Assembly: GCA_020137815.1 (NCBI GenBank)
Contig: CM035359.1
Coordinates: 1,054,001-1,118,000, forward strand
Source: Hormiphora californensis
Lineage: Eukaryota > Animalia > Ctenophora
Direction of reading: 5' to 3'
DNA length: 64,000 nt
How positions within the stretch are numbered: position 1 is the first letter of the stretch; every line of letters starts with the position of its first letter. The notes below the pieces were generated by a model. The model had not been told where the DNA came from. It ran no database searches and saw only the letters and a list, made by a program, of their open reading frames with translations. The position numbers and the translations under genes are program-made. Positions 1 to 11,949 of this stretch are shown piece by piece.

Positions 1-17
1 CTAACTCAATATACGTC

Positions 18-1670
18 ATGCAATTGGTAAACAAAACGGCCAACTTGACTGGCTATGAAACCCTCTATGCTGAAAATGCTGATACTGCCTCCGTCGGTTC
101 TCTCCTCTACAATAACTCCACCTCGATCACTATCTTCACCTGTGACAACGGAAATGTTATTGAATCGGGGAAGGTGTGTGATTATTACAATGACTGCGGG
201 GACAACTCAGATGAAAATTCGTGTTCGAACAGATACATGTGCAGTAGTGATTACACGACTAGTACTACATCAACCATCCAGAAAACCAAATTGTGCGACG
301 GGGTGTTTGATTGTCCGGCGAAAGATGATGAGTGCAGCGAGTTCTGCAAGACCAACACTGAAGGGAAGGTCGTGTGGAGGATGATAAGCAGCGTAGTTTA
401 CCGAGTTTTGGCCATCATCATTGCCATCTTCTCTTTGTTAGTTAACTTTGCATCCTTAGCATTGTTCTTCTGGAATGTAAAGACTAAAAAGGACGTGGCA
501 TTTAGTATTTTGGTGAATGATGTGCTTGTGGCGCTAATTGCTCTGGGCGATTTCATGGTTGGTATCTACCTGCTTCTGGTGTTTTCATATGACCAGATAT
601 ACGGTGATGAGTATTGCAGCAAACGGCTGGAATGGCTGTCCAGCCATACGTGCAGTTTCATTGGCGTTGTCAGCACCTTTGGTAACCAGCTCTCCCTTCT
701 CTCGATGACACTCCTTTCAATCTATCGACTGGTTTCCATCAAAACAATGATGATATTTTCATCGATAAGCAAAAAGAAGCTAGTCAGTCTGGTTGCTATG
801 GTAACACTAATCACAGTTTACTCTCTTGGCATTTCGGTGGTGCCTATCCTTAAAGAAACTGAGAACTACTTTGTGAATGGATTGTACCTGCCGGGAAACC
901 CGATTGTTATGGATGCTCAGAGTAGGGCAAAGTTAGCTTCAAACTTCAAGGCGTACACCGCAGCACCACCCTTTAATGGAGATTCTGACAGCATGTCCTG
1001 GGACAATTGGAGAGCACTCTTGGTATTCATTTTCAATGGTGTTCATATGAATGATAGCTCCGTTTTGGAGGACAACTGGATAGTGAACAAACAAGGTCGC
1101 CTCCTGAAGGATGACAAATCACTAAGTACGGGCTTCTATGGAAATAGCGGGGTGTGTCTATTTAAATTCTTCGTAAAAAACACCGATTCACAAGTTAAAT
1201 ACTCGATCTTTGTGTTGGTAACAAATCTGATCTGTTTCGTGGTTATCACTATCAGCTATGCCTGGATTATCAGTCACACTCGACAAACATCAAAAGATGC
1301 AGGAACTAGGCAAAACAGACAAACACGTCGGTCCATGATCCGACTTCAACGGAAGATATCCCTGATCATCGCTACCGATTTTGTGACTTGGATTCCTTTT
1401 ATTATCCTTGCTTTCTTCCACTACAACGACATCATTGACGGGGATTCGTTCTACGAGTTCTGTTCCATTCTCCTGATACCCATTAATAGCATCCTCAATC
1501 CGATAATTTACAACAGTGACAAGATTCTACCCCAGCTAAAATTATGGGGGACCAGCGTCGTTACAATGACGATAAGTCAAATGCCTAACAACACAGTGAA
1601 CATTGCAGAGATGAAGGAGGTGAATAAAATAACAGTAAATCAAAGTGGTGGTGGACAAAGCGAAATCTAA
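18..1670 (+). CDS. LDLa-repeat-containing rhodopsin-type GPCR (GRL101/LGR-like without LRRs in the visible part); probably 5'-incomplete
   Basis: Two LDL-receptor class A motifs (FTCDNG..VCDYYNDCGDNSDE; LCDGVFDCPAKDDEC) precede seven hydrophobic segments with LGR-type motifs (ALGDFMVGIYL, IIATDFVTWIP, PINSILNPIIY). The frame is open upstream of the ATG to the window edge. Confidence 0.88.
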   Translation: MQLVNKTANLTGYETLYAENADTASVGSLLYNNSTSITIFTCDNGNVIESGKVCDYYNDCGDNSDENSCSNRYMCSSDYTTSTTSTIQKTKLCDGVFDCPAKDDECSEFCKTNTEGKVVWRMISSVVYRVLAIIIAIFSLLVNFASLALFFWNVKTKKDVAFSILVNDVLVALIALGDFMVGIYLLLVFSYDQIYGDEYCSKRLEWLSSHTCSFIGVVSTFGNQLSLLSMTLLSIYRLVSIKTMMIFSSISKKKLVSLVAMVTLITVYSLGISVVPILKETENYFVNGLYLPGNPIVMDAQSRAKLASNFKAYTAAPPFNGDSDSMSWDNWRALLVFIFNGVHMNDSSVLEDNWIVNKQGRLLKDDKSLSTGFYGNSGVCLFKFFVKNTDSQVKYSIFVLVTNLICFVVITISYAWIISHTRQTSKDAGTRQNRQTRRSMIRLQRKISLIIATDFVTWIPFIILAFFHYNDIIDGDSFYEFCSILLIPINSILNPIIYNSDKILPQLKLWGTSVVTMTISQMPNNTVNIAEMKEVNKITVNQSGGGQSEI

Positions 1671-1808
1671 CATTAAGATTGTTTACATATGTAATAATGA
1701 TTTGCTGGACGAGGGCGGTGAGGGCGAAGATGTTGGCAATGCTAATTGTATTTAATTATTGAAAGTATATGAATGTTAATTCGACAGTGTTATTATCTGT
1801 TACAATTA

Positions 1809-2033
1809 CAGTGGTCATCCGACATAATTGCCATACCTCGACGTGAAATTCGACCTGAATCTCGACCTGGAATGAGGCGCGCATTCGTAGTGAGCGAGAC
1901 ACAAAGACTAACGAGAGAGAAGAGTTGAAGCGCGACACCATTTGCTTACTGCGGCACATCTCTCTGATGCGCGCCTCATTCCAGGTCGAGATTCAGGTCG
2001 AATTTCACGTCGGGATATGTCGGATGACCACTG
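1809..2033. mobile_element. Tc1/mariner-type MITE
   Basis: TIR CAGTGGTCATCCGACATA / TATGTCGGATGACCACTG, longer internal inverted arms, TA on both sides. Confidence 0.8.
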
Positions 2034-2289
2034 TAACACATGTGTTTTGTCACGTTCGAGGGAAATCCCGTTCCACAACTGGTTTCATAGTCCACAGAAC
2101 TAGGAGGGTCGGAGCACATGTTTTTGTTGTTGAAGTGGGCGCTGGGCGGTTACTGTAGTCTGCAGACTGTAAGGCACGTAAATAAACTAATTATTAAACT
2201 TGGCAAATGAAATTTATCACGGAAATGTAAATATTGTGAGTCTCTTCAGTATTCCAGGGATGCTATTCCCCGTTAAAAGGCTTCTATTC

Positions 2290-3066
2290 GAGCAAAAGGG
2301 GTCCTCATAATGAAAAAATAGTAAAAAAATTCATAGATAAAGGTGCCAACGATCTCTGCTCAAACCTCCAGGGACGGCAGCGACGTTCAGGGGTGTGGGG
2401 GTAAAACCCCACCAAGCAGAGTCCAGGGGATGCAAGCCCCGGTTGTGGGTTGAGACTTGAGGGAGCAGAGCCCCCAAAAAATTGAAACCTCTTTTGTTGG
2501 CAAACGTTGCTGGCCCCCGATGTTCTGCGCCACGCGCAGCGCGGGATAAGGCAGCGCTTTTCAACCTCTTTTGACTTTTTGTGAAAAAATTTTTTTTCTA
2601 AAAGGGGGTTAAAATGGGATTAGATAACAATATCAATATGAAAATACCGGTCTCCCATGGAGGAGAAGATTAATAAATTACTGCATTGATTAAAATTGAT
2701 TAAATTCGTTATTTGGTAGAATTAAAAGTGTTATATAATAAGTTAATGTCATTGAGTTCGCTCTTATACTGCCTCGTTTTAGTGAACTTATTGCCTCTAT
2801 GCCCTCTCAAGCTAATGACAGTTGTTCTGAGCAGGGTGAAAGACAACCGCTGCCTTTTTGTGAAAAACGAGGAAAAAGATGCAAATTTCCTGAAAAAAAA
2901 CATTCACTTGATCCACGGCCACGTAAATCTCTACTGTAGCGCGCGAAAAAACTCTCTTTGTGCTCTATCTGCCGTGCGTTACAGGTGAGCGCGCGCGTTC
3001 CTGAAATCTCTCAAAAGATTTTATTTTGAGAGCCGTTAACAAAATTCCAAAACTAAAAATAAGCCC
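2290..3066 (+). repeat. Dispersed repeat (non-autonomous TE-like), copy 1
   Basis: Blocks are clearly similar to 13390-13900 (AAAAGGGGTCCTCATAATGAAAAAATAG..., CTCTGCTCAAACCTCCAGGGACGGCAGCGACG..., GCCGTGCGTTACAGGTGAGCGCGCGCG). Confidence 0.7.
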
Positions 3067-4737
3067 TCACTCGGTAGTGGAAGCTCTTACGGTAATTCCC
3101 ACGCACCGTGGGAACATTTCCCACGCCGCGCCCTCTTTTCCCACGCTTTGCTTTCGACGCGCAAAAAATTATCGCGCGTGACGTCTACTAAAATGTTGAG
3201 GATGCAGTTGTTAACAACATTGGGCCAATTTGGGTAGCGCCGCGAGCATCGGAGCACTGCAGCAGCAGCACGTCACTGAGAATTTCGTTACAATCACACT
3301 GCACACACATGCCACATTGCATCAATGGATTGCATCATTGACGTTGGAACATCAATGAGGAACAGTTCGGTGGAAGGGAAACCAGTCCAAGAGTGCTGTC
3401 ATGGCTGTAACCAGCCCCAGCGTCGTCTAATTACAACGATAAAGTATGAAAGTTTCACCCTCCGCCGAAACATTCCTAATTGATATATTGGGTACAAAAT
3501 GAATATTCTTTGATTAGATGGATTTATAACAAATTGAACGCAAAGTTCTAAGAAGACAGATCACAAACAATTGTTAACTTTCTGGACACTACTTATCGAT
3601 CACAATATATGTATGTAATATTCTCAAAGAGTTTTGTTCAAACCCTAGAACATGGTAAAAAGAGTTCGTGATCTGATATCCTAATCTAACGATAATTATA
3701 GTCCTATAAATCTCAATTTACAGCAGCATCTTGTAGGGAATGCGGACAGTGACAGCTCCGTGTCTAACTTTAGTAGACGTGTCCGATGTCCGTACCGTAG
3801 TTAGTCGAATTCCGTTATATTATTATGGGAAACGGGTCTAACGGCTGATTCAAGGCATCGATTTTAGATACACATATCTTGTAGATGGGATGATATTAAT
3901 CGTCTAGAGAGGGTGTTGTAACCAGTACTCGGCATAATCCTGGGAGGGGGAGGGAATGTTAGTTAAAAGAGCGTTCAGTACCATGCTCCTTTTATAATTT
4001 GGTTTATCGACTACTCAAAAAGACAACCGTCTAGCTGAGAAAGAGACACAAATCATCTCTTCTGAGAAGGGATGATTTCAGTCTTCTCCGCTTCCTTCCT
4101 TATCTTAATGTGTCACATGGGGTGGGCCTCTATCAGAAATGACAAGAATCGATAATTTTGTACCTCTCATCTGGCCGGGATCCGAAGTGGCGGGGCAACT
4201 AAAATGTGGTTTGAATGGGAGCCTCTCTCATTATCTCTAGTGCTCGGTAGTCGGTCGTGGGTACAGTTAGTCAGGACCTGCAAGGAGAGCTGTTATTACA
4301 TATCTAGGTATGTATGATTGTGTAAAAATTCCCTCTCCTGAATTCCCCTCGACAATGTTCTTATGTTACATTTGTTCGCGGCGTGGTGAAGCAGGGTGGA
4401 ACAAGACAATCAGGTTCAGTACTCACCAGCTACACTGAGCAGTGTATCCTTAGGTATAATCTCAGTCGCCACTGCAGGACTACTCAACACCCTGATACAG
4501 CCCTGGAGTGTGTCGCTACCTCCCTGAATCAGAATGCAGAATGGTGATGCCAAGAGCCTGCCGAACTATTGTCACCGTCACTATTTGTTCGTAGTGTAGA
4601 GTTTTACTGATCGTCAAACCTAGAGGATGAACAGGGTTTAGAGAGATCTGCACTCGGTATCAGGGGAGTGTGAGCAGGTTGTTATGTTCTGAGTTCTGAC
4701 CCTCCTAAAAATTTGTAAACACACAACAAGAATCCCA

Positions 4738-5292
4738 TTCATCTCCATCTCCATCTCCATCTCCATCTCCATCTCCATCTCCATCTCCATCTCCATCTCC
4801 ATCTCCATCTCCATCTCCATCTCCATCTCCATCTCCATCTCCATCTCCATCTCCATCTCCATCTCCATCTCCATCTCCATCTCCATCTCCATCTCCATCT
4901 CCATCTCCATCTCCATCTCCATCTCCATCTCCATCTCCATCTCCATCTCCATCTCCATCTCCATCTCCATCTCCATCTCCATCTCCATCTCCATCTCCAT
5001 CTCCATCTCCATCTCCATCTCCATCTCCATCTCCATCTCCATCTCCATCTCCATCTCCATCTCCATCTCCATCTCCATCTCCATCTCCATCTCCATCTCC
5101 ATCTCCATCTCCATCTCCATCTCCATCTCCATCTCCATCTCCATCTCCATCTCCATCTCCATTTCCATTTCCATTTCCATTTCCATTTCCATTTCCATTT
5201 CCATTTCCATTTCCATTTCCATTTCCATTTCCATTTCCATTTCCATTTCCATCTCCATCTCCATCTCCATCTCCATCTCTATCTCTATCTCT
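4738..5292. repeat. (ATCTCC)n/(ATTTCC)n hexanucleotide microsatellite
   Basis: Direct inspection; explains the spurious (EM)n ORF. Confidence 0.97.
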
Positions 5293-5300
5293 AACAATTC

Positions 5301-6931
5301 GGCAGGTGCACAGTTGCTCGACAGTCTATTTCTGGCTGCTATTTCTGGCTGCTATTTCTGGCTGCTAAATCTATTTCTGGCTGCTAAATCTATTTCTGGC
5401 TGCAAGCAGCCAGAAATAGATTTTAGCAGCCAGAAATAGGGTCTAGCAGCCAGAAATAGATTTTAGCAGTCAGAAACAGATTGTGAGTTCCCCGCCAATT
5501 GTCTTGCTATAAACAGTATTTATGGCGGAGGAGACGGTTGAGGCGGGGTACAGGCTGGATGTTGAGGTAGGAAAGGAGCCGGAGACAGGGGAGGTGGCGG
5601 AGGTGGTAGGTATTCAGGGACTGGAGGGAAAGGAACAGGCGGAACCACTAAGACTTCATCCTCAGGTATAGGAGTGGTAGATGCTGGCTGGTGAGAGCGC
5701 TGGTCCAGATCGAGTATGGTGTAGTCCTCAGTCGGGCGCTGCTGCTGGTCCTGCTGCTGGACGTGTTGGCGAGGAAGATGGAACTGGTCCACTATGGTCC
5801 TCTCGATGTGCGTATTCGGGTCCAGGCTTACGGTCCTCGATACCTCCCGGCAGGCACACAGGTCGAAACACCGCAGGACCCGGAGCGGAGATATGGGCCT
5901 GTTCAGAGCGCAGGCCTGAATCTGGTGCCTTCCCTCTATAACTACTGCAGGGGATACCGATTACCGAATCACTTCACCGATTCGTCTCCCGTATCCCATA
6001 CCCAATTAGCTGCAGATACCGAATCACTTCACCGATTCGTCTCCCGTATCCCATACCCAATTAGTTGCAGATACCGAATCACTTCACCGATTCGTCTCCC
6101 GTATCCCATACCCAATTAGCTGCAGATACTGAATCACTTCACCGATTCGTCTCCCGTATCCCATACCCAATTAGCTGCAGATACGGGAGACGAATCGGTG
6201 AATTGATTCGGTATCTGCAACTAATTGGGTATAGCATACGGGAGACGAATCGGTGAAGTGATTCGGTATCCCCTGTATGGAGGGAAGACACCAGCTTTAG
6301 GCCTGCCCTCTGAACCGGCCCACATCTCCGCTCCTGATCCTGCGGCGTTTCGACATGTGTGCCTGCCGGGAGGTATCGAGGACCGTAAACTTGGATCCGA
6401 ATACGCACATCGAGAGGACCATAGTGGACCAGTTCCTATGTGACCACCATCTTCCTCGCCAACACGTCCGGCAGCAGGACCAGCAGCAGCGCCCGACTGA
6501 GGATTACACCATACTCGATCTGGACCAGCGCTCTCACCAGCCAACATCTACCAATCCTATACCTGAGGATGAAGTCTTAGTGGTTCCGCCTGTCCCTTTC
6601 CCTCCAGTCCCTGAATACCTACCACCTCCGTCACCTTCCCTGTCTCCGGCTCCTTTCTTACCTCAAAATCCAGTCTGTACTCCGCCTCCACCGTCTCCTC
6701 CGCCATAAATACTGTTTATAGCAAGACAATTGGCGGGGAACTCTGATCACAATCTGTTTCTGGCTGCTAGACCCTATTTCTGGCTGCTTGCAGCCAGAAA
6801 TAGATTTAGCAGCCAGAAATAGATTTAGCAGCCAGAAATAGCAGCCAGAAATAGCAGCCAGAAATAGCAGCCAGAAATAGCAGCCAGAAATAGCAGCCAG
6901 AAATAGACTGTCGAGCAACTGTGCACCTGCC
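5301..6931. mobile_element. Foldback-type DNA element with GG termini and 8-bp TSD (Merlin-like)
   Basis: Termini GGCAGGTGCACAGTTGCTCGACAGTC and its reverse complement; AACAATTC duplicated at 5293-5300 and 6932-6939. Imperfect ~640-bp arms carry 13-bp TATTTCTGGCTGC tandem repeats; the centre has ~57-bp tandem repeats. Confidence 0.85.
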
Positions 6932-7098
6932 AACAATTCTCCCTCCCTACTCACGGCGGAGTAACTTTTCAGCTACTATAGTGTAACTTAGCCTACAGTG
7001 CAACAAGGTCGAACAAGGCAAGGCAGGGGGTGTGATTTGATCGATACTGGAACTGGTAAGAGATTATAGCAAGTAGCAACGTGTGATCTGAAACTTAC

Positions 7099-7472
7099 TC
7101 ATGAGTGGTAAGTGCACTGCTATCTCCATCCCCGATATTAAAGAGCATCTCCAGCTCTGCATCGGATGGGGGCACTGGACAAGATTGGCATTCATTACAG
7201 TTAGTCGGACCCTATTCTTGCATTGTCGTAGTAGGCTGCCTGTTCGAATGATAGGCCACTAACGGGGACATCGTTTATTGCAGGGACAACGTCACCCGAC
7301 CGGAGACGGCCATCTTGGTATATTAGACCTGGGGGAAGAGGTGAGGTCAGTCAAGACTAGATCTGGTGAAGAGAGGATCAGGACCTGGTGATGGATATGT
7401 AATCAATAAACCTGGGTTTATATGTAGCGGGTCACCCGCTAGGGTGATTCGCTGCACCATATACTGCCCGAC
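7099..7472 (-). pseudogene. Degenerate PDZ-domain exons
   Basis: Exons 7472-7436 and 7328-7099 have AG/GT ends and matching phase, reading VGQYMVQRITLA/GLIYQDGRLRSGDVVPAINDVPVSGLSFEQAA. After a frameshift near 7230 the sequence continues LRQCKNRVRLTV, a typical PDZ C-terminal half. Confidence 0.65.
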
Positions 7473-7989
7473 CTGCGAAGCAGGGAGGGTGGTATATGGT
7501 ATAAAACCCTACCAAAGGGAGGGGTTTATACTTTATATAAGCAAGGATTTATTGATTATAAGTTTTAGCGGCAAAAACATCCTTGCTTTTAATAGCGGGC
7601 GGGGTATATCAGACAAATTTTCACCCGCTGACATTCATATATGGAAATGGAAGTGAATTTGATACTTTGTCCAAGTGCTCACACTTGCACTCTATGTTCC
7701 AAAATCCCCCTCTAAACTATATACAGCGTGCACTAACCTGTTGACACGATATTCTTGACAGCAAGATGTTCCTGTTCATTTAGACAGAGCGTCATACCAA
7801 GCCTGGAATTATTTTCTCTCACAAACTCTACCACAAAGGGCCGATCCAAATATCTGTCCATCATATTGTACAGAGATGGTCGTGGTGTCGGGTAGATACA
7901 CAGTGGTTTTACTAAACGATCTTCAACCTAGAGGATGATAGGGAGAGTTAATATTGTGCCTAGCTGTTAATAACTTTTTCATAGACATA

Positions 7990-8069
7990 CAGTCGGACCC
8001 CGATTTAGTGGCATCATCGGGGGAAAATCCTGCCACTAAATCGGGGGCCACTAAATCGGGGTCCGACTG
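7990..8069. mobile_element. Short pogo/Tc1-type MITE (CAGTCGGACCCCGATTTA family)
   Basis: TIRs and TA TSD; same termini as 45175-46013. Confidence 0.8.
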
Positions 8070-8738
8070 TATTGCCAATCTCCCTCTTGTGACTTGACTA
8101 GATGATAGACTTGACTAGATGATAGAATATGTAGGTCATAGGTGCCCAGTGGAAAACCCCAACGGGGCACCTACCTATTCTATAATCTAGTGTGTGATCA
8201 GGTTACATAGTACCAATGGTACCGTACCATTCGATCTAGTCTCTCTGTAGGGCCGTATCTTCACAGTTAGGAATCTTTTCTTAACATTTTTGTAGATTCT
8301 TAGTGCTCCCTCGTGAGACACAGGGACGGCACTCGTGGATGTCCGGGTGTCCGCGGACACCAAGGCCAAAAAGACGGAGAAAGAAAAGAAAAAATGGAAA
8401 AAACCAAAAAGAATGGTGCTCCAACCACAATTTACAATTACTACAGAGTACAGAAGGGCAATTCTTTATCTTGTGTCACCTGTTTGGAGGTGAGCATCAG
8501 CAGCTGCAGCCTGCAGCCCCATCTGAATGTCTTTCTTTTATGTAGGGAAACAACGAATCAAAGGAGCTTTGTCTAAAGAGTAAAAACTAAAAACTGAATC
8601 GAAGAAACGATAAATTTGAGAAATCCACGCGCAGCCCAGCTGTTTTGTCAGCACTGTATATGCTTTCGGCGTGGGAAAAATGCGCGCAGCGTGAGAATTT
8701 CCCACGCTCGTGGGAATTACCGTAAGAGCTTCCACTAC

Positions 8739-8990
8739 GGGGGCCAGCGTTAAAATCTGGGTGTTTCGTGAGTGCTGACAAACGGTTTTTTAGGGTTAGG
8801 GCTAAAGTAGGGTTAGGGTTAGGGTTGGGGTTTGGGTTGGGATTAGGCCTTGACATTGCCTACCAGATAAACTTTGAATTAGCCAAAACGGTTGAGTGGT
8901 TTGGCGGTTAGAGCCGTTTTAGTGAATCAACTTTTTTGGCAGCGCGCACCTGTAAACAGGCCTCCAAACACCCAGATCGTAACGGCGCCC
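8739..8990. mobile_element. Small element with imperfect terminal inverted repeats and internal TTAGGG-like repeats
   Basis: GGGGCC..GTTA..ATCTGGGTGTTT versus AAACACCCAGAT..TAACGGCGCCC; degenerate (TTAGGG)n at ~8790-8846. Confidence 0.55.
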
Positions 8991-9079
8991 TCACTCGGGT
9001 TTTGCGAAGCTCCAATCGTCATCGCTCCACCCCCTGATGAGATGAGGCTTGAAATTTTGCAGTTAGGAATTTATCATTA

Positions 9080-11807
9080 TGTTCCTGACCACTTTTTAGT
9101 CACTCTTGAAGCCACAATAACTATGCCACCGCCGGAGCCAAAAGTAATCAAGTCCAGAAAGCTAAAAGACATTCAAAGAGAAGACCTTGCTGAGGCTATT
9201 TTGGGGACTGACCTCTGTGGAGATCTGCCTGAAGAACTGGAGGACTGCGTGAGACTATACAATAAGACTCTGCGTGATATCCTAGATGAGTTAGCTCCAA
9301 TCGAGAAAATGATTATGAAGCACAGGAAGCGCAACAGATGGTGGACACCAAAATGCCAACAACTAAAAAGAAAGAGACGTGCAGCAGAAAGACGGTGGCT
9401 AAAAGCTCGCCTGAACTCAAATGATCGTGGAAGACTAACAAAAATGTTTACTGCATGGAAAAACGCCAGTAGAGAAGCAGCAACTCTAATCTGTAATTCT
9501 CGTTCCCAATACTACTTCTCACGCCTGGACAAACTGACTACAGATGGAAAAGCCACATTTGCTATAGTAAATAAGTTGCTTGATATCGAGAAAACACCTA
9601 CAGAGCTGCCATCTCAACACTCTCCTGATGCTTTAGTAACCAAGTTCAACGAGTTCTTCAGAAATAAAGTGGCTAAGATCTACAATGATATTGAGAAGCT
9701 TCCATATGTCACAACTCAACCGTCTTCTAGCCCTCCTGCTCCTGCTCTCCCTGGACCTCCCGTTCCTGCTCTCCCTGGCCCTCCTGTTCCTGCTCTCCCT
9801 GATTCTCCTGTTCCCGCTCTCCCTAGCCCTCCTGCTTTCGCTGGCCCTTCTGTTCCTGGTCTCCCTGGCCCTCCTACTCCTGCTCTCCCTGTTCCTGGCC
9901 CTTTTGTATCTGCTATCCCTGGCCCTCCTACTTCTGCTCTCCCTGTTCCTGGCCCTCCTGTTCCCGCTCTCCCCAGCCCTCCTGCTCCTGCTCTCCCTGT
10001 TCCTGGCCCTTCTGTTCCTGCTCTCCCTGGCCCTCCTACTCCTGCTCTCCCTGCTCCTGGCCCTCCTGTTCCTGCTCTCCCCAGCCCTCCTGCTCCTGCT
10101 CTCCCTAGCCCTCCTGCTCCTGCTCTCCCTGGACCTCCTGTTCCTGTTATCCCTAGCCCTCCTGCTCCTGATATCCCTAGCCGTGCTACATCACCTCCCA
10201 AACTAATATGCTTTCAGCCAGTCACTGATGAAGATTTGCTCAAAATTATCCGTGGAATGCAGAAAAAGTCTTGTTCTCTTGACCCGATGCCATCCACAAT
10301 GGTATCTTCTGTTCTTATTGAGCTTCTTCCGGCTATCTCCAAAATCATCAACGACAGTCTAAAGACAGGAATTTTCCCTACCAAGTTCAAAGAAGCAGTC
10401 ATCAGGCCGGCATACAAAGGAAAAGGTCTTGACCCTGAAGATCTTGGCAGCTACCGCCCGATCAGTAATCTACCATTTGTGTCAAAGATCATTGAGAAAT
10501 GTGTATCTTTACAGTTGACCGACCATTTAGAGAGCCATCAGTTGCTATCGGGAGTTCAATCTGCTTACCGCAAACACCATAGTTGTGAGACTGCAACACT
10601 AAAAGTTGTTAACGATCTTCTGCTACTGCTTGATAAGAAGTCAAAGGCTGTGCTACTACTGCTGGACCTATCTGCAGCATTTGACACAGTTCAACACAGC
10701 AAACTACTAAAGAAGATGCGGACGGACTACGGAATAGAAGATACTGCTCTCGCCTGGTTCAAATCATATCTCACAGGTCGGTCCACCTCGGTACAAATTG
10801 GAGATGCACGATCAAGATCGATAGAGGTGGATATTGGTGTGCCGCAGGGTAGCATCCTAGGGCCTATTCTCTTCATTATGTATACCAAAGAGCTCCAGTC
10901 GATTGCGGAAAAGCATGGTCTTAACATTCACCTCTTCGCTGACGACACCCAGATCTATACTAGTTTTAGGCCGGAAACCTTTGACTTTGTTGTGCATAAA
11001 TTACAAAATTGTATCAGTGACATCAAGCAATGGATGAAGCAAAACTACCTCAAGCTAAATGCCAGTAAAACGGAAATTCTGATACTCAACCACAAAGCCG
11101 ACCGCACTCCTGGGCCAACTGGATTAGTGATTGAAAAAGATGAAAGTCCAATTGTACAGTCTACGGAAATCGAATCAACGACAAGTGCCCGTAATCTCGG
11201 TATTTGGCTCGATCCCACCCTCTCAATGGCAAGCCATATCTCGAAAATTGTCCAAGCATGTAATATGCAACTTCTGAATCTGTGGAGGATAGCTAGAAAA
11301 CTTCCCAGGCAACTGAAAATCAAGCTAGTGCATTCGTTAATACACTCTCGCCTAGACTATGGAAATGCCCTACTCTATGGTGCCACAGAATCTGATTTAA
11401 ACCGCCTCCAAAAGGTCCAAAACAGTGCTGTACGGTTCGTCTATGGAACAAGAAAGAGGAGAGGAGTGACCCAGATGCGGAAAGACCTACACTTCCTTCC
11501 GATCAAAAGCAGAATCATCTTCAAAATCTGCTTACTAACATACAAATCCATCAATGGAATGGCTCCCCCCTACATCTCCAACCTCATCCCCCTCCGGAAG
11601 CCAAAGGTCAAGGTAGTCAGGGCAGACGAGGATAGCACACTCCTCCACAAACCATACACACACAAGTACACAGCCACTAGTAGAGCCTTTAGTATTAGTG
11701 CACCTAAATTGTGGAATGAGTTGCCGAAAACCCTGCGAGAAAGTGAATCTGTCGATGTGTTTAAACAGCAACTTAAAACTTACCTCTTTAAGAAAGCTTA
11801 TTGCTAA
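9080..11807 (+). mobile_element. 5'-truncated non-LTR retrotransposon (L2/CR1-like) ORF2 reverse transcriptase with in-frame Pro-rich repeat
   Basis: Begins at the endonuclease C-terminal motif DHFLV; RT motifs YRPISNL, LLDLSAAFDTV, GVPQGSILGP, FADD; C-terminal LWNELP..FKQQLKTYLF. ORF-track residues before ~9080 come from unrelated repeats. Confidence 0.92.
9725..10190 (+). repeat. Minisatellite (24/30-bp CCTCCTGCTCCTGCTCTCCCTGGC variants) inside the LINE ORF
   Basis: Encodes PPAPALPG/PVPG repeats with the frame preserved. Confidence 0.9.
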
Positions 11808-11949
11808 GTGTCTCTCATTATCGGTGATATTTTACACAGTGATCACTACCAGCACGGCGTGCCCGAGGGTAGTTTAACATTTGTTTGAGTGCACACCTCC
11901 AATTCCGGTTGTAACTGGTCGGGAAGACCTCCCTGAAGGTCGTGGCGGT

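Larger units (their letters stand above)
3075..8990. mobile_element. Composite TIR element (hAT-like TAG...CTA termini) carrying cargo and nested insertions
   Basis: Perfect 30-bp inverted repeat GTAGTGGAAGCTCTTACGGTAATTCCCACG at 3074-3103 and 8709-8738, extending imperfectly inward. TCACTCGG is duplicated at 3067-3074 and 8991-8998 but single at the homologous site near 15527. Confidence 0.6.

Noticed and set aside
4600-4640. Motif TTTTACT..GATC.TCAA.CCTAGAGGATGA repeated at ~7905-7945, considered as a snoRNA
   Set aside because: No partner box or terminal stem identified; could be a small decayed repeat.
4638-5297. (EM)n ORF and the many SL/ER/PS/GR ORFs elsewhere
   Set aside because: Translations of microsatellites.
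8390-8492. BED-finger-like peptide TTIYNYYRVQKGNSLSCVTCLE
   Set aside because: Too short, no continuation found, and it points outward near the right TIR; cannot be called a transposase.
8790-8846. Telomere or chromosome-fusion site
   Set aside because: Only a few degenerate TTAGGG units inside a small inverted-repeat element.
9030-9060. Hammerhead-like CTGATGA...GAAA (also ~15570)
   Set aside because: No convincing stem II or III; part of an inverted-repeat element.
8892-9080. N-terminus of the 971-aa ORF
   Set aside because: Read-through from unrelated repeats (homologue at ~15526-15620); LINE homology begins near DHFLV.
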